Source: Podarcis erhardii (Eukaryota). From it: DNA of 64,000 bases. Below are positions 36,778 to 48,390 of this stretch, piece by piece. The stretch lies in assembly GCA_964252035.1 (NCBI GenBank), contig OZ176207.1. One strand, 5' to 3'. Below the pieces are notes generated by a model. That model searched no databases, was not told where the DNA came from, and saw nothing but the letters and a program-made list of their open reading frames with translations. A program made the position numbers and the translations under genes. The first letter of the stretch is position 1. Each line of letters opens with the position of its first letter.

Positions 36778-37410
36778 AACAAGGATGGGAAACTTCACAC
36801 CTGGGGGCCAAATGCAGTCTTGCAGGGATCCCTGTCTGGCCCTCAGTCCACTTGCCCCAGCCATGCTCCCTTCACCAGGCTCCACCCCCTCTGACTACAC
36901 CACACTCCTCATCAGCCCTACTACATCTCTTGCTTAAGTGTCTTTGCCTGGATGGGATGTGTCCATCAACAGTGATAATATGTTTTACTTGCCAGGATAG
37001 AGAAATGTATGTATAGAAACCTCTGAATGGTGCATGGCTTCAACACATCCTTCACTAAAAAGGTAAGAGTTACAGATAGGTAGCCGTGTTGGTCTGCCAT
37101 AGTCAAAACAAAACAAATTCCTTCCAGTAGCACCTTAAAGACCAACTAAGTCAGTTCTTGGTATGAGCTTTCGTGTGCATGCACACTGTGTATCTGAAGA
37201 AGTGTGCATGCACACGAAAGCTCATACCAAGAACTGACTTAGTTGGTCTTTAAGGTGCTACTGGAAGGAATTTGTTTTGTTTTAAAAAGGTAAGAGACAC
37301 ATCTGTTGCTCCTCCCACTTTTTTTGCCTCTGGACACACCCACCCCGGTATATGGCCCCTGGAAGACTGGCCGTAAAGGAACATGGTCCTTGGGCCAATT
37401 CCCTCCCCCC
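36778..37410. mobile_element. Old hAT-like non-autonomous element hosting a Penelope hairpin
   Basis: caaggatgggaaactt..gggggccaaatgc start; interrupted at aaaaggtaagag by the 37070 insertion. Boundaries are approximate. Confidence 0.5.
37070..37282. mobile_element. Fold-back mini-element made of two inverted Penelope termini; hammerhead at 37190-37227 (+)
   Basis: 82-bp perfect inverted arms 37105-37186 / 37202-37283, 14-bp TSD taaaaaggtaagag. Confidence 0.92.
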
Positions 37411-37544
37411 CCCCACTCCAATCTATTATACAACCCCATCATCAACTCCAACACCTTAACGTCTCAGCTTTCTGGCATCTGCCAGCCTCAAACAAATCTC
37501 TGCTGGGACTTTTGGGGAGTGGGGGTGAGGGAGGACCCAGAAGT

Positions 37545-37700
37545 ATTACTGGGTAGTTGTGGATTCTCCTTCATTAGATGGTTTTAAGCAGAGGTTGGAT
37601 GACCATCTGCTTTGGTTGAGATTCTTGCATTCCAGGGGGTTGAACCAGTTGATCCTTGGGGTCTTCTTCTGACTCTACAATTCTACGACCCTATGATTTT
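37545..37700 (+). mobile_element. CR1 LINE 3' end
   Basis: aagcagaggttggatgaccatctg...ggggttgaaccag..ttctgactctacaattctac..tatgatt terminus. Confidence 0.7.
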
Positions 37701-39434
37701 ATGACACTGTACAGCCTAGAAATTAGCAACAACCAGTTGTTGGATGGTGTTCACAAGAGATACTAATATGATCCACACCATCATCTTCAGCAACTCCAAC
37801 AAGAAGAATAATTCAGTGCCAGTGATCAAAAGAATAGAGATCAATGAACACAGGTATGGAAGGACCAAGGTAAGCAGCAAGTAATGCAAGGCAGAAGGAA
37901 GGAACAAGGCCAAAGGGTGAAGCAAAGAGTTGATTCCAAGGTCACATTTTGTGCATATGCTTTTGCTTTCTGTGGTGATCTTATGAACACACACAGAGGA
38001 AATGGGAATGTTTCCTTTGGAAATATTATACTGTACTGCAGCAAAGATCCCTGTCAGGTTGACTTGATGGGTTTAGACATGCTACTAGAAAAAGTATGAG
38101 TGCAAATGAAGTAGGAATTGTGTCACAATCAGAAAGCAGGTGAGGGAACCCAAGAGAATAATTTGTCAAAGTGTATAGAATAGCCAGTTAAGATGGAGTC
38201 TAACTGCACAAGTGAACTTCTGCTTATGCCACAGAATTTCACCTTCCTTTCTTCTACCTGCATCCTCCTGTATACTACAAAAATCTGCTCAAGAGGGACT
38301 CCCAACCTTTCAGAATTGATTTTAAGGCTGTAGGGGGAGCGCTGCAAGGGGTGAGGGGAAGGGGAAGTCCCTTTGCATGAGTAGCAGTCTATTCCACTCA
38401 CACATGGACAGTTCAGGAAACAGCACTCTGTGTGCATCAGTTCTGGCTATCTTTTCATTTGATGCTAAGAGCCTTCCATACTGCACTCACCACACCATCA
38501 ACATATTTCCAACTCCAATTCATTTTGTTTTCAATGTCATTTAATACAAATCATGTTGACTGATTCAAATATTTTCAAGTAACTAAGGATTCATTTTATA
38601 AAGTACTTAAGGAACATTTTGATAATAGTGTATTTATGTGAAACTTAGTAAAAATGTGGAGTTATTTGGTCGGTGCTCAGCATACTATTACTCATTATTA
38701 ACTCATGCCAAAATGTGGAACCCTTGTTATTCTCAATGAAATCAAGCATTAACAACCATTTAAAAATAATTGTGTTTACATTACTTCATAAGTTGAGCAG
38801 CTAATAGTACCAGGAAAACATGCAAAGTGAACACTTCCCTCCCTCATGCTATAGTTGTCAAAAGACACTGCAAAGTTTACGCAGAAATTGTTAGCAGCTA
38901 TAGAAAAAAGCCCTTGCATAACAGCATTTTTAAAATTACATCATAACTTCTTACAACAAGCCTAGTTCACGGAGTTGTCATGCTGGACACTATTGTGAGC
39001 AAAACAGCCAAGCAGACAGTAGCCTTGGATCTAAACTAAATTTTCCAGGTGTTTCTGTTCTAAGCATTTATGTATTTATTTATAAATACAAAGAACAACC
39101 CTTTCATGCTTTCAAATTATGAAGACAACGGTCTGCTGACAAGTCAGGACTCCTTTTCAGTCTATATTTGTCATCCTATAAAATCAATCTCCTGCAAATC
39201 GCTATCCCCAAACCATACTGCCAAAATACATCCACATAAGCCCTGGCTGACTACAATGAGAAGGGCAGCTTTCAAGTTTTCTCAGATTGTTGTTCTATAT
39301 TTAGTGATGGTGGAACTCCAAGAATGCTATACCACTGTTGGAATAGGAAAAATACCTTGGGCATTATAAAACGGGCCAGAACAGATGCAACACTGGCTCC
39401 ACAACCACACTGCAAATGTGCCTTCCATAGTTCC

Positions 39435-39566
39435 AGTTACAGATAGGTAGCCGTGTTGGTTCTTCAGTGGTATCTGAAGAAGTGTGCATGCACACGAAAG
39501 CTCATACCAAGAACTGACTTAGTTGGTCTTTAAGGTGCTACTGGAAGGAATTTGTTTTGTTTTGAC
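39435..39566 (+). mobile_element. Penelope mini-element: 26-nt inverted terminus, hammerhead (39470-39507) and 3' UTR
   Basis: agttacagataggtagccgtgttggt + tcttcagtg + gtatctgaaga...ttttgac; actgcaaatgtg duplicated at 39409 and 39565. Confidence 0.88.
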
Positions 39567-40897
39567 TGCAAATGTGATTAGTGAATCAGGAACACCGGGT
39601 ACCTACACACCTCAACTGCATTCCAGTGCCCTCAAGCAAATCCCTCCTCAATTGCAGTTAAGCACTTTGACAGGACTGCTGTTAGCCTGAAACATGGTTA
39701 GCAAGGGAGTCCCTTAAATCAATATTTAAAACAACGAACTGCTGTAGACATCAATGAGAGAGGAGGACTTTATCAAGCCCGCTCTGCTGATGATCCCAAC
39801 TAGCATCAAGTCAGCAGCTGGAGGAAAGAATTGTGTAGCATGAGCAGCCCTGAACTCCTGGCCTGGGTGCTGTACATGCTTTGCTCATAGATCTGGTTGT
39901 GGGGCAGGGAGTTCTTCTGGGGAAGGGGTTGCTCTCCAAGACAGCCAGAAGTTGCATAGGCAGAACTGTATAGCTGTGCTATAGGAATGGAAAACTTTAA
40001 TATCTGGTGCCTCAGCTGGCTTTTTCTCTCCTCCCATTCCTTTTTCCTCATGCATCCTGTCTTCTAGATTTTAAGCCTAAGGAGGGATGCATTCATGAGG
40101 CTGACTAACAATTTGCTTTACCAGGAGCTAGATTTATAACTTTATTGCCCCCAGGTACAAATGCACTGTTAGTTTCAAATTGAAAAGAATGATAAAAGGC
40201 ACCCAAGTGCCATGAACTCAAATCTCCCTGACCAACAATCCCAACGGGGGGGGGGGGGACACCCTGTTATTATTTGACAAGAATTTCTGCTGAGAATAAA
40301 GGAATTTATGACTTAAATGTCCAAATCATCCCATTCAAACAGTATATAGATAAGCAAGGCAATCTGTAGTAGTTGGAAATATATGCTTTTCAAATACAAG
40401 TTAACAGGAAATGCAATGGAGAAAAAGTCTGTCATACACTGGAGTTGGAGCACTGTTTGCCGGGTTCCCACAACAACCTGTAAGTTTAATTTCTTTTTTA
40501 AAATCAAAAGATAGTCACAGGTTGCAGTCTGACTGGATATTTGGATGATGGGAGTTCTTAAAAGCAGCGCTAATCTGCTGCTTGTAAATGACCATGAGAT
40601 ATTGTGCAAAATATACAAACAAACAAACAAGGCACTGCAGAAAGCTCACAGTCAATGCACCGCTATTGCTACATGTGACCACACACAAGACAATGTGCAG
40701 AAGACCATACTTAACTCTTCTCTTATTTCAACCAAAGGGGCTTAAAGTGCTTAAGACTGGCTTCATCATTTCTTATATAAACAAACGCTGGGAACTTATC
40801 TTACAAGGGTTTCAAAATAAGCTAAAATCCAAGAAAGTATCAAGTATTTCAAATATTCCATTCTCTCTCTCACACCGCCCCCCAACCAGCATCTTAC

Positions 40898-41028
40898 CTG
40901 AAGTGTAAGGCGCTTGACTGCATTCCACAATAACCCAATAAATTCTTTCATCTTTTCCTCAGGACTTCTGCTGCAGCTTTCAGATGAGCTCAGCATGGCT
41001 TTCACTGGAACTGATAAAGGTCGTGATT
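40898..41028 (-). CDS. VPS13B: VPS13B coding exon (~22), 131 nt, phase 1->0
   Basis: tttttaag|AATCACGA...CTTCAG|gtaaga. Translates (E)SRPLSVPVKAMLSSSESCSRSPEEKMKEFIGLLWNAVKRLTLQ. Confidence 0.95.
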
Positions 41029-44000
41029 CTTAAAAATAAAAGGACAGTAGAATACATTTGAGAACTTAAGTTTGTTTACATGGTGCATAGTAGCATAATC
41101 TAACCAAAGTTAGTCACCACAGGTTCTATTGAAACCTATGTAACTCTAATTAATCAGAAGTAACTTATTCCATTAGTTTCAACAGGCCTTAGTTGAACTG
41201 AACTAAATGAGCAATTGTGGAAAAGTCAGATTTTTAAACTATTCCAATAGCATTCCACCATTTCATAAAGCTAGTGGTTACATTCAAATAATTTAGTACA
41301 AAAACATTTGGCAAATAAGAGGGAGATTTTAGCTTCGATTGTGCCAAAGAACCTGAAATAGCAATTCAGCAGTTGGTTATCAAATCTAGGAAGTCTCTTC
41401 AATTTATACCACATTCCTTAAAAATTGATGCTATCTGTACATGCATTTTATTCATAATTTTATTATTTGCTTATTTATAAATAGCATCACTCTTTCAAGC
41501 ACATAACAAGCAGGATATCACATTTATAGATCCTCTACAATTACAACATCATATCTTCCAAGTATCTTTTATCAAAGAATGAGGACAACAAAATTAAAAG
41601 ACAATAGGAAATTTCAATAAATATCAACATAAATTACAATGACAGAGTAACTGTGCACTATGTTTAAATCAATTGCTTAACTTTCTCAGCGTGGAACAAG
41701 CTTGGGGTAGTAAGCAGTTAACATTGATCTCCATGTAACTAAAGGGAACGATGTAAAAATCTGTGTATCATTGGCATTACACCCCAGTAATTATGTAAGT
41801 TATCTTACATAAATAAAAACCTGTTTCCGATTTGCTAGTGTTGCCATATTACTAACTTTGTTGGGATTGGAATACCCTTGTGTGGCAAACTTGTGGGGAA
41901 AGAGTTATTGCAAATTAACATGATCACTAAACCAGCTCTTTTTCTATTTCCACGCTGACTTTGCTAAACATCTCAGATGGACAAAACAAAAATCTTAAAA
42001 GTAAGGAGCTGATTGGGTTCATGCTGATGGCAGACTTGTAATCATATGGTTCTGGAAAACCTTGGAAGGCACAATGATAGATGGTATGATAAGCTCTCTG
42101 TCTTCACAATGTATGAAAAGACAGCACGAAAGGTCTGACTGCCTTGGGAGCAAACTGGACCTTTTCTGTGGTGAATGGGTAGATTTTATTATGTATGCAA
42201 ACTGCTGACAGAACCAACCCCAACAAGATACCTGAATTTCTGGGACACTTCCCCCCTTTTTTTTCCTGAGCCAAGCATCTTATAGTTTCCATACTTTATT
42301 GAGTTGTAAAAGCTGCCTTTGCTAAAAGTTATTTTGCATAAGTTTTGTATAAGAGAAATACTTCTGCTTTTAATCACTGATGGTGCCTTTCACCAGCTCC
42401 CAAGGATGAAGATGTTGATACACAAAAGAGAAAGCAGTGCAATGTGCTCTGCATCAATATGAATAAAAACTTGTGGTCACTAGTATGCAGGACAAAAACA
42501 GAATCTTTACAAAACAGCATGGTTGGGCTTGTTTTGATGGATTACTGCCAGCATGTGAAAAATACACCGGAAAAAGTTCTTCCCCCACTCCAAATCTTGT
42601 GGGAAATATCAGATTTAAATAAAAATATTGCGCTCTTTCATGTCTAGTTAACATTCTTCACCCACCTAAAGCATCCTTGTTCAAGCATCCACTGCACAGC
42701 AGGCACACACAAACAATAGCCCTTCAGTTAACTAAACGGAAATGTGTGATCTCCTAATTTAAGTGCTTCCCTTCTGCCAACAGATTTCACAGCCCACCAA
42801 AGTTTTAGCATTTAAGTTTAAGAATGAATCCAGTTTTGTATTCAAATCGTGTCTGCTTGCGAGGTTTATACAAAACAAAACCAAGAAAAAATAATTATGA
42901 AGGATCAAATGCCCAACACTGAATCCCCGAATTTTCTGGGTATTTTCCAGCTAGTTTTAATGCTCCAGTTGCCCCAACTTATTAGTGCTCACTCTATTTA
43001 CTTCTGCAACACCCTTCCTCCATTCAAAGAGGTGGTGTAGATGTAATGGTTAGGGGTCTTTCAATTGCTAGAGGGTCACAGGATTGCATGTACTGTTCAC
43101 TTCTGCAATTAAGTATTACATCAACCCCAATGTTAAACAAACCTAACACAAACTAAGCTTTCCTCTTAATTAGGATGTGAAATCCTTTTAAGATTGTGAC
43201 AAACCCAGCAAGGAAAGAAAGGGGTGGGTGGGATTTAGTCACAGAGGTGAAGTGGAGGTGTGGGAATGTCACTCACAAAAGTGAAACAGGAGAGGGAATA
43301 TAAATCAATTGTGATTTATAAAAAAGCTTAAAGGAGGAGCTTAACATAACAGTGCAATTTTATCATGAATAAATTTTATCATACAGAAAAATAACATTAA
43401 ATATCACATTACAAAGCATGGATGAAACTTTGAATTATTTCAATATATCACTGCCTCCATCAATCAGGGCTGGACTGAACATGTCACTTTCAGGGCTCAG
43501 ACTTAACTCATACACTTACACACCATACTTTAAGACACCTCAAACCCCACTAAGTGTTGCAGAAAGGCTATAAAAGTCTCACCATCTAATTAGCCTCCTG
43601 AAGTGTCCATGTTTTATTCCCTCATGACCATGATAGCACATAGTCAATGATACCTAAGATATGGAGGTTAAAATGCCAGCAGCACTTTTTGAATTTCCTC
43701 AAATAGCTTCCAGTTAGGATGTCCTCATGCACACTAAAGGCTTCAAGGCAGAGCAGGCAAGGGAAAGAGTTAAAGGTTCCCTCTCCATAGCCAATTTTCT
43801 AATCCAAGGAACAGCCATCATGATGCTTGCAGATACTGGATTACAACCCCCATCAGCCCCAGCCAGCATGGCCAGTGGAGAAGGATGGCAGAAGTCCAAC
43901 AAAATTAAAAAGAAGAAGATAAGAATTCACATATTCTGTTCAGCCACTGACAAATTCTAGCCATGGATTGAAAACTGCATACTGGAGGTGGTGGTCATTT

Positions 44001-45758
44001 CTAGTATCTCTTTAAATGAAGGGAAGTAGTTTCCCTTTTTCTTATCCCTATACATTTTTCATTCTGAGAAATCACATTGCTAAAATGTCAAAATAAGTGA
44101 AGATACATAAGGACTATAGTGGGTCATTTTGTTAAAACACCTCTTTGTGAAAATGTTCAACTCTTATTGTATACTGATCAAACAATAAAAATAGTTTACA
44201 GGCACAAAAACTTTTGCTGAACTTATAAAAAGCTCCACCATATTTAAAAAGTGATATATGTCTGGATGAAAGATTCTCTGCTGAATGCTCAGTAACGGAA
44301 ACACGGAACCGGTGAATATTCTCAAAGTGGCAAGTCTTGACCTCAAGATGACATAACCTTTGTTTGTCTCCAAACAGCAGAGGGACAAGAAAATGTCAGC
44401 TGAGAAAATTATTGGGAATTCAGAAGAGACAAGGCCATTTATTTTGAGAGCAAGGGCAAGAGCTGTGTGTCTCTGTGTGTTTGTAAAACATTGGGCTTTT
44501 TATGATTATTTCCAGAGTAAATCATATTTTCCCACCCTTTATTTCTAACAAGGTTTCAGTTGCCATTACTTCCCAAACTACTAGAATAAAAAATAGGAGT
44601 TTAAGCTATATACCAGCTGCGACCAAAGTTGCCATCACAGAGCACAAGATACAATATCAGTTTCTAGCAGTTCTCAAGACAGCTCCCTAAGACTCATGTT
44701 GTAACTGAAAGTCATAAAGGACTTTTAAGACAGTGCACAGGACATTTTGTTAATCACTCAAAAGTTTTCTAAAATATACAATTTTTGTGAAATTAAGGCT
44801 GCAATTTATGCCCACTCACTTGGGAATATTTCCCCACTGAACTCACTGGGGCTTTCAAGTTAGCATGCATAAAAATGGGCTCCAAAAATCTTTGCTATCT
44901 TAATTTTAAGGTTTGATAGGTAGCAGCAGACTTTTAAATCAACAAATGCAAACAGTCCAAAAAATTACAATAAAGCCTAACAGCTATCAAACCAAACAAT
45001 CTCCTAAGAGAATAAAATCTACCATATGCTGTTCATTAATTGCAAGTTTCAGTTCCACAGAATTATTTTACAATAAAACTAAAGATCCAATTAACAGAAA
45101 AAGAAACAGATTTAAGTTGAGCTGGTAAAAGAAAGTATGTTATTATAACGGAAACGTTTTAAAAATGTATCAGTCCCACCAAGAAAAGTTTCCTTCTTCA
45201 TGAGCAAATATTAATTTCATTAAATAATTTGAAACTGATTCCATCCATCTCTAGAGTTGATTTAAGATACAGCTTTTCCTCAAAAGATGAGACAGCAAAT
45301 TAAAGACACTTGTTGTGGCCTTTTCTCTTCATAGCTGAATTAAAAGAGATGAGTGGCAAAACCCTCAGCTGTGCTAAAGTACAGCAGCAGGGCATAAAAC
45401 CCGGGGCACTCTCTTCCACTAATGCAGCCATCAACACTTTGGTTCTCTGAGACTGTTCTTGAGAAATAAAGAGAAATTAAGTCACTGACCACGCCTTAAG
45501 TAGCATCAAAAGAATCAACTGCCCCACTGAAGTCATTTCTGTGGGAGAGAGCTTGCTAGGGAAGGGATGGAACTTGCTGGTGGTGATTGTTTTGATTGAC
45601 GAAGCAGAGGAGATGGGCAACAGTATATAGGAAGCCTCTAAATCAGTAGAAAATGCATTAATAATGATTGTGGGAGACAGGAGAAAGACTGGACTATGGC
45701 TTTGGAGTTTGGGGTGGCTCAGAATCTCAGGCAGTCTATGCTACACTTCATCCAACAG

Positions 45759-46004
45759 TCAAAACAAAAAAAATTCCTTCCAGTAGCACCTTAAAGACCA
45801 ACTAAGTCAGTTCTTGGTATGAGCTTTCGTGTGTATGAGCTTTCGTGTGCATGCACACTTCTTCAGGTATCTGAAGATACCTGAAGAAGTGTGCATGCAC
45901 ACGAAAGCTCATACCAAGAACTGACTTAGTTGGTCTTTAAGGTGCTACTGGAAGGAATTTTTTTTGTTTTGACTATGGCAGACCAACACGGCTACCTATC
46001 TGTA
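45759..46004. mobile_element. Fold-back Penelope mini-element
   Basis: Palindrome centred on a tgaa loop at 45872-45875, 14-bp TSD acttcatccaacag at 45745-45758 and 46005-46018. Confidence 0.92.
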
Positions 46005-46135
46005 ACTTCATCCAACAGAGAAGCCTCCACTGCAAGGGATGTTAATGTAAATGGAAAAGAAATAAAGCAGCCCTGTTGCTTCAGACCAAAGGTCTATCTA
46101 GTCCAGCATCCCATTTCCCAGAGGTGCCTCCAAGA

Positions 46136-46292
46136 CAGTGGCGTAGCATGGGGGGTGCAGGGGGTGCCGGCCGCACCGGGCGCAACATCTGGGGTTAGGG
46201 ATAGGGTTAGGGTTAGGGGGCGCAAATCCAGGGTTAGGGGGCGCAAATTACTTGCCTTGCCCCGGGTGCTGACAACCCACGCTACGCCACTG
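46136..46292. mobile_element. hAT MITE containing TTAGGG repeats
   Basis: TIR cagtggcgtagc / gctacgccactg, 8-bp TSD ctccaaga; inserted in an old CR1-type 3' fragment (gaccaaaggtctatctagtccagcatcc). Confidence 0.9.
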
Positions 46293-46645
46293 CTCCAAGA
46301 AGCCCAAAAGCATGGCATGCAATATAATAACCCTCCTGCATTATATACCAGGTGACCTATTATTTACAATATGTTATCTCCATCTACACTTGCAAAAAAA
46401 AAAAACCCCATCTTGCAAGCCTTAGTGCAAAGTGTGAATTTCAACTCAAGTTTCCTGCAACCAAACACAGCACTCTTTGCCATTATACCACATTGTGTCT
46501 TGTTTATACAACAGCATTGAAAAAATTAAGATACACTATGTTCACTAAAGCATTCCCTGAACAGCTATCTTTTTGGAGAGGCCAGCAAACTTGAGCTGAC
46601 CCAATAATGTATTAAAATGAAGTACTATAAAAAAGTACTATAAAA

Positions 46646-46838
46646 AGACCCTGATGTTGGGAAAGATGGAGGGCACAAGGAGAAGGGGACGACAGAGGAC
46701 AAGATGGTTGGACGGTGTTCTCGAAGCTACAAACATGGGCCTGCGGGAGGCAGTGGAAGACAGGAGTGCCTGGCGTGCTCTGGTCCACGGGGTCACGAAG
46801 AGTCGGACACGACTAAACGACTAAACAACAACAACAAC
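46646..46838 (+). mobile_element. RTE-BovB 3' end
   Basis: aagaccctgatgttgggaaag...ggggtcacgaagagtcggacacgactaaacgactaaa(caa)n; actataaaa on both flanks. Confidence 0.9.
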
Positions 46839-47062
46839 ACTATAAAAATAATTTGGGATTAAAGTTAGAAAATGTGATCTAACATTGTAGAACTGAACTG
46901 AAAATATATCCATTAAAACTGAAGAAATTGTATATGAAGCTTCCTACATTAACTGCAGAAATGTGTTCCAATACATACACCTGACCCTGCAGGAATGTAC
47001 ACATGTCAAGGGGGGAATAATTCCCAGGAGAATGGGTTGATTTAACTGAAAACAAAACATAC

Positions 47063-47207
47063 CTGTTACAGTTTTTGTTTTGACAGGGCTGCTGGCATAT
47101 TCAGAGGCCTGATTTGATTGCTGTTTAGCCAAAGGCGTACTTCCAACTGATATCTCATCCTCTTTTTTCCTAGTCACTGGTGTCCCCAGAGAAACAGATC
47201 CAGACTG
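47063..47207 (-). CDS. VPS13B: VPS13B coding exon (~21), 145 nt, phase 0->1
   Basis: ttttctag|CAGTCTGGA...GTAACAG|gtatgt. Translates QSGSVSLGTPVTRKKEDEISVGSTPLAKQQSNQASEYASSPVKTKTVT. Confidence 0.95.
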
Positions 47208-48029
47208 CTAGAAAAAGAAGAAAAGTACAGTGACTTACTCAGAAACTATGAGCAGTTCATAGGAAAAGATACTTCATATCATAGGAAGGGCACTAAAAGC
47301 AGTACTTTTATCACCATAAGTTCCTAGGGAAAAGCTTTGACTTAATAACTAAAGTATATAGAATGCCAAAACAAATTGTGAAAATGGAATGATGAAAAGC
47401 TTTAATAGTCACATTATTGTATACAACTCCGCTCTGTTTGTTCTTCCTAACAATTACAGAAAACAAGCTTTTACCAAGTTTCCACTGAAAGAACCCTAAC
47501 ATTACACATCATTGTAATGTTAGTCACTGTCAACAGTTTTGGTGGCCCTGCAGTTGTTTTGGATGCCAGTCTAAAAATTGTCCCAAAGCAAATCCTTCAG
47601 GATTATTATCCTCATATTGTAGAGCAGAGTTACAGCTATGGGAGTCAGAAACCTGGTTTGCACATCATGCTAAGACAAACCATGGCTTAGTGCAAATGTG
47701 TAAGCCAACAGGCTCCCAGATAAACAGTGTTTATCCATGTGTTTATCTAATGCACTTGTACAGCCATTCAAGATGGCAGCTATCTGAGCAAGTCCCACAG
47801 TTTAACTTTCCCATACTTTCTTTTATCTGTCCTGAATCTTCCAGCATTCATATTCATTGGATGTTCTAACATTATGAGAGAGGAAGAAAAACTTTACTAA
47901 TAATCCCTAGCACAAAATTTTCCTTTTTCACAGCTGCCAAACACAGGATCAACATCTTCCTCAAGATACTTGCTATGATCCCAAACTCTCATTCACTGCC
48001 GCTTCAAACCTCACTAGCATAAATGTGAA

Positions 48030-48390
48030 ATTAAGATTATTATTTTTTGACCCTACACACATCACTTTACATTTGTTTACATTGAACTGCATTTGCCATT
48101 TTACCACTCATTCTCTTAGTTTGGAGAAGTCCTTTTAGAGCTTTTCACGATCTCTTTTTGTTTTAATGACCCTGAACAATTTAGTATCATCAGCAAACCT
48201 GGCCACCTCATGCTCACCCCTAACTCTAGATCATTTGTGAAGAAGTTAAAAAGCAGAGTTCCCAATACCGATCCTTGGCGAACTCAACGCTGTACATCCC
48301 TCCGTTTGGAAAGATGTCAGTTTATTCCTACTGTCTGCTTCCCACTGCTTAACCATTTCCTGATCCATAACAGGAGCTTTCCTCTTGGGC
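48030..48390 (-). mobile_element. Degraded CR1 LINE RT fragment
   Basis: Minus strand tttgctgatgatactaaattg (FADDTKL) and aaatgtaaagtgatg motifs. Confidence 0.8.

Noticed and set aside
46191-46240. TTAGGG tract as a chromosome fusion or healing scar
   Set aside because: It is too short and lies inside a TIR- and TSD-bounded MITE.
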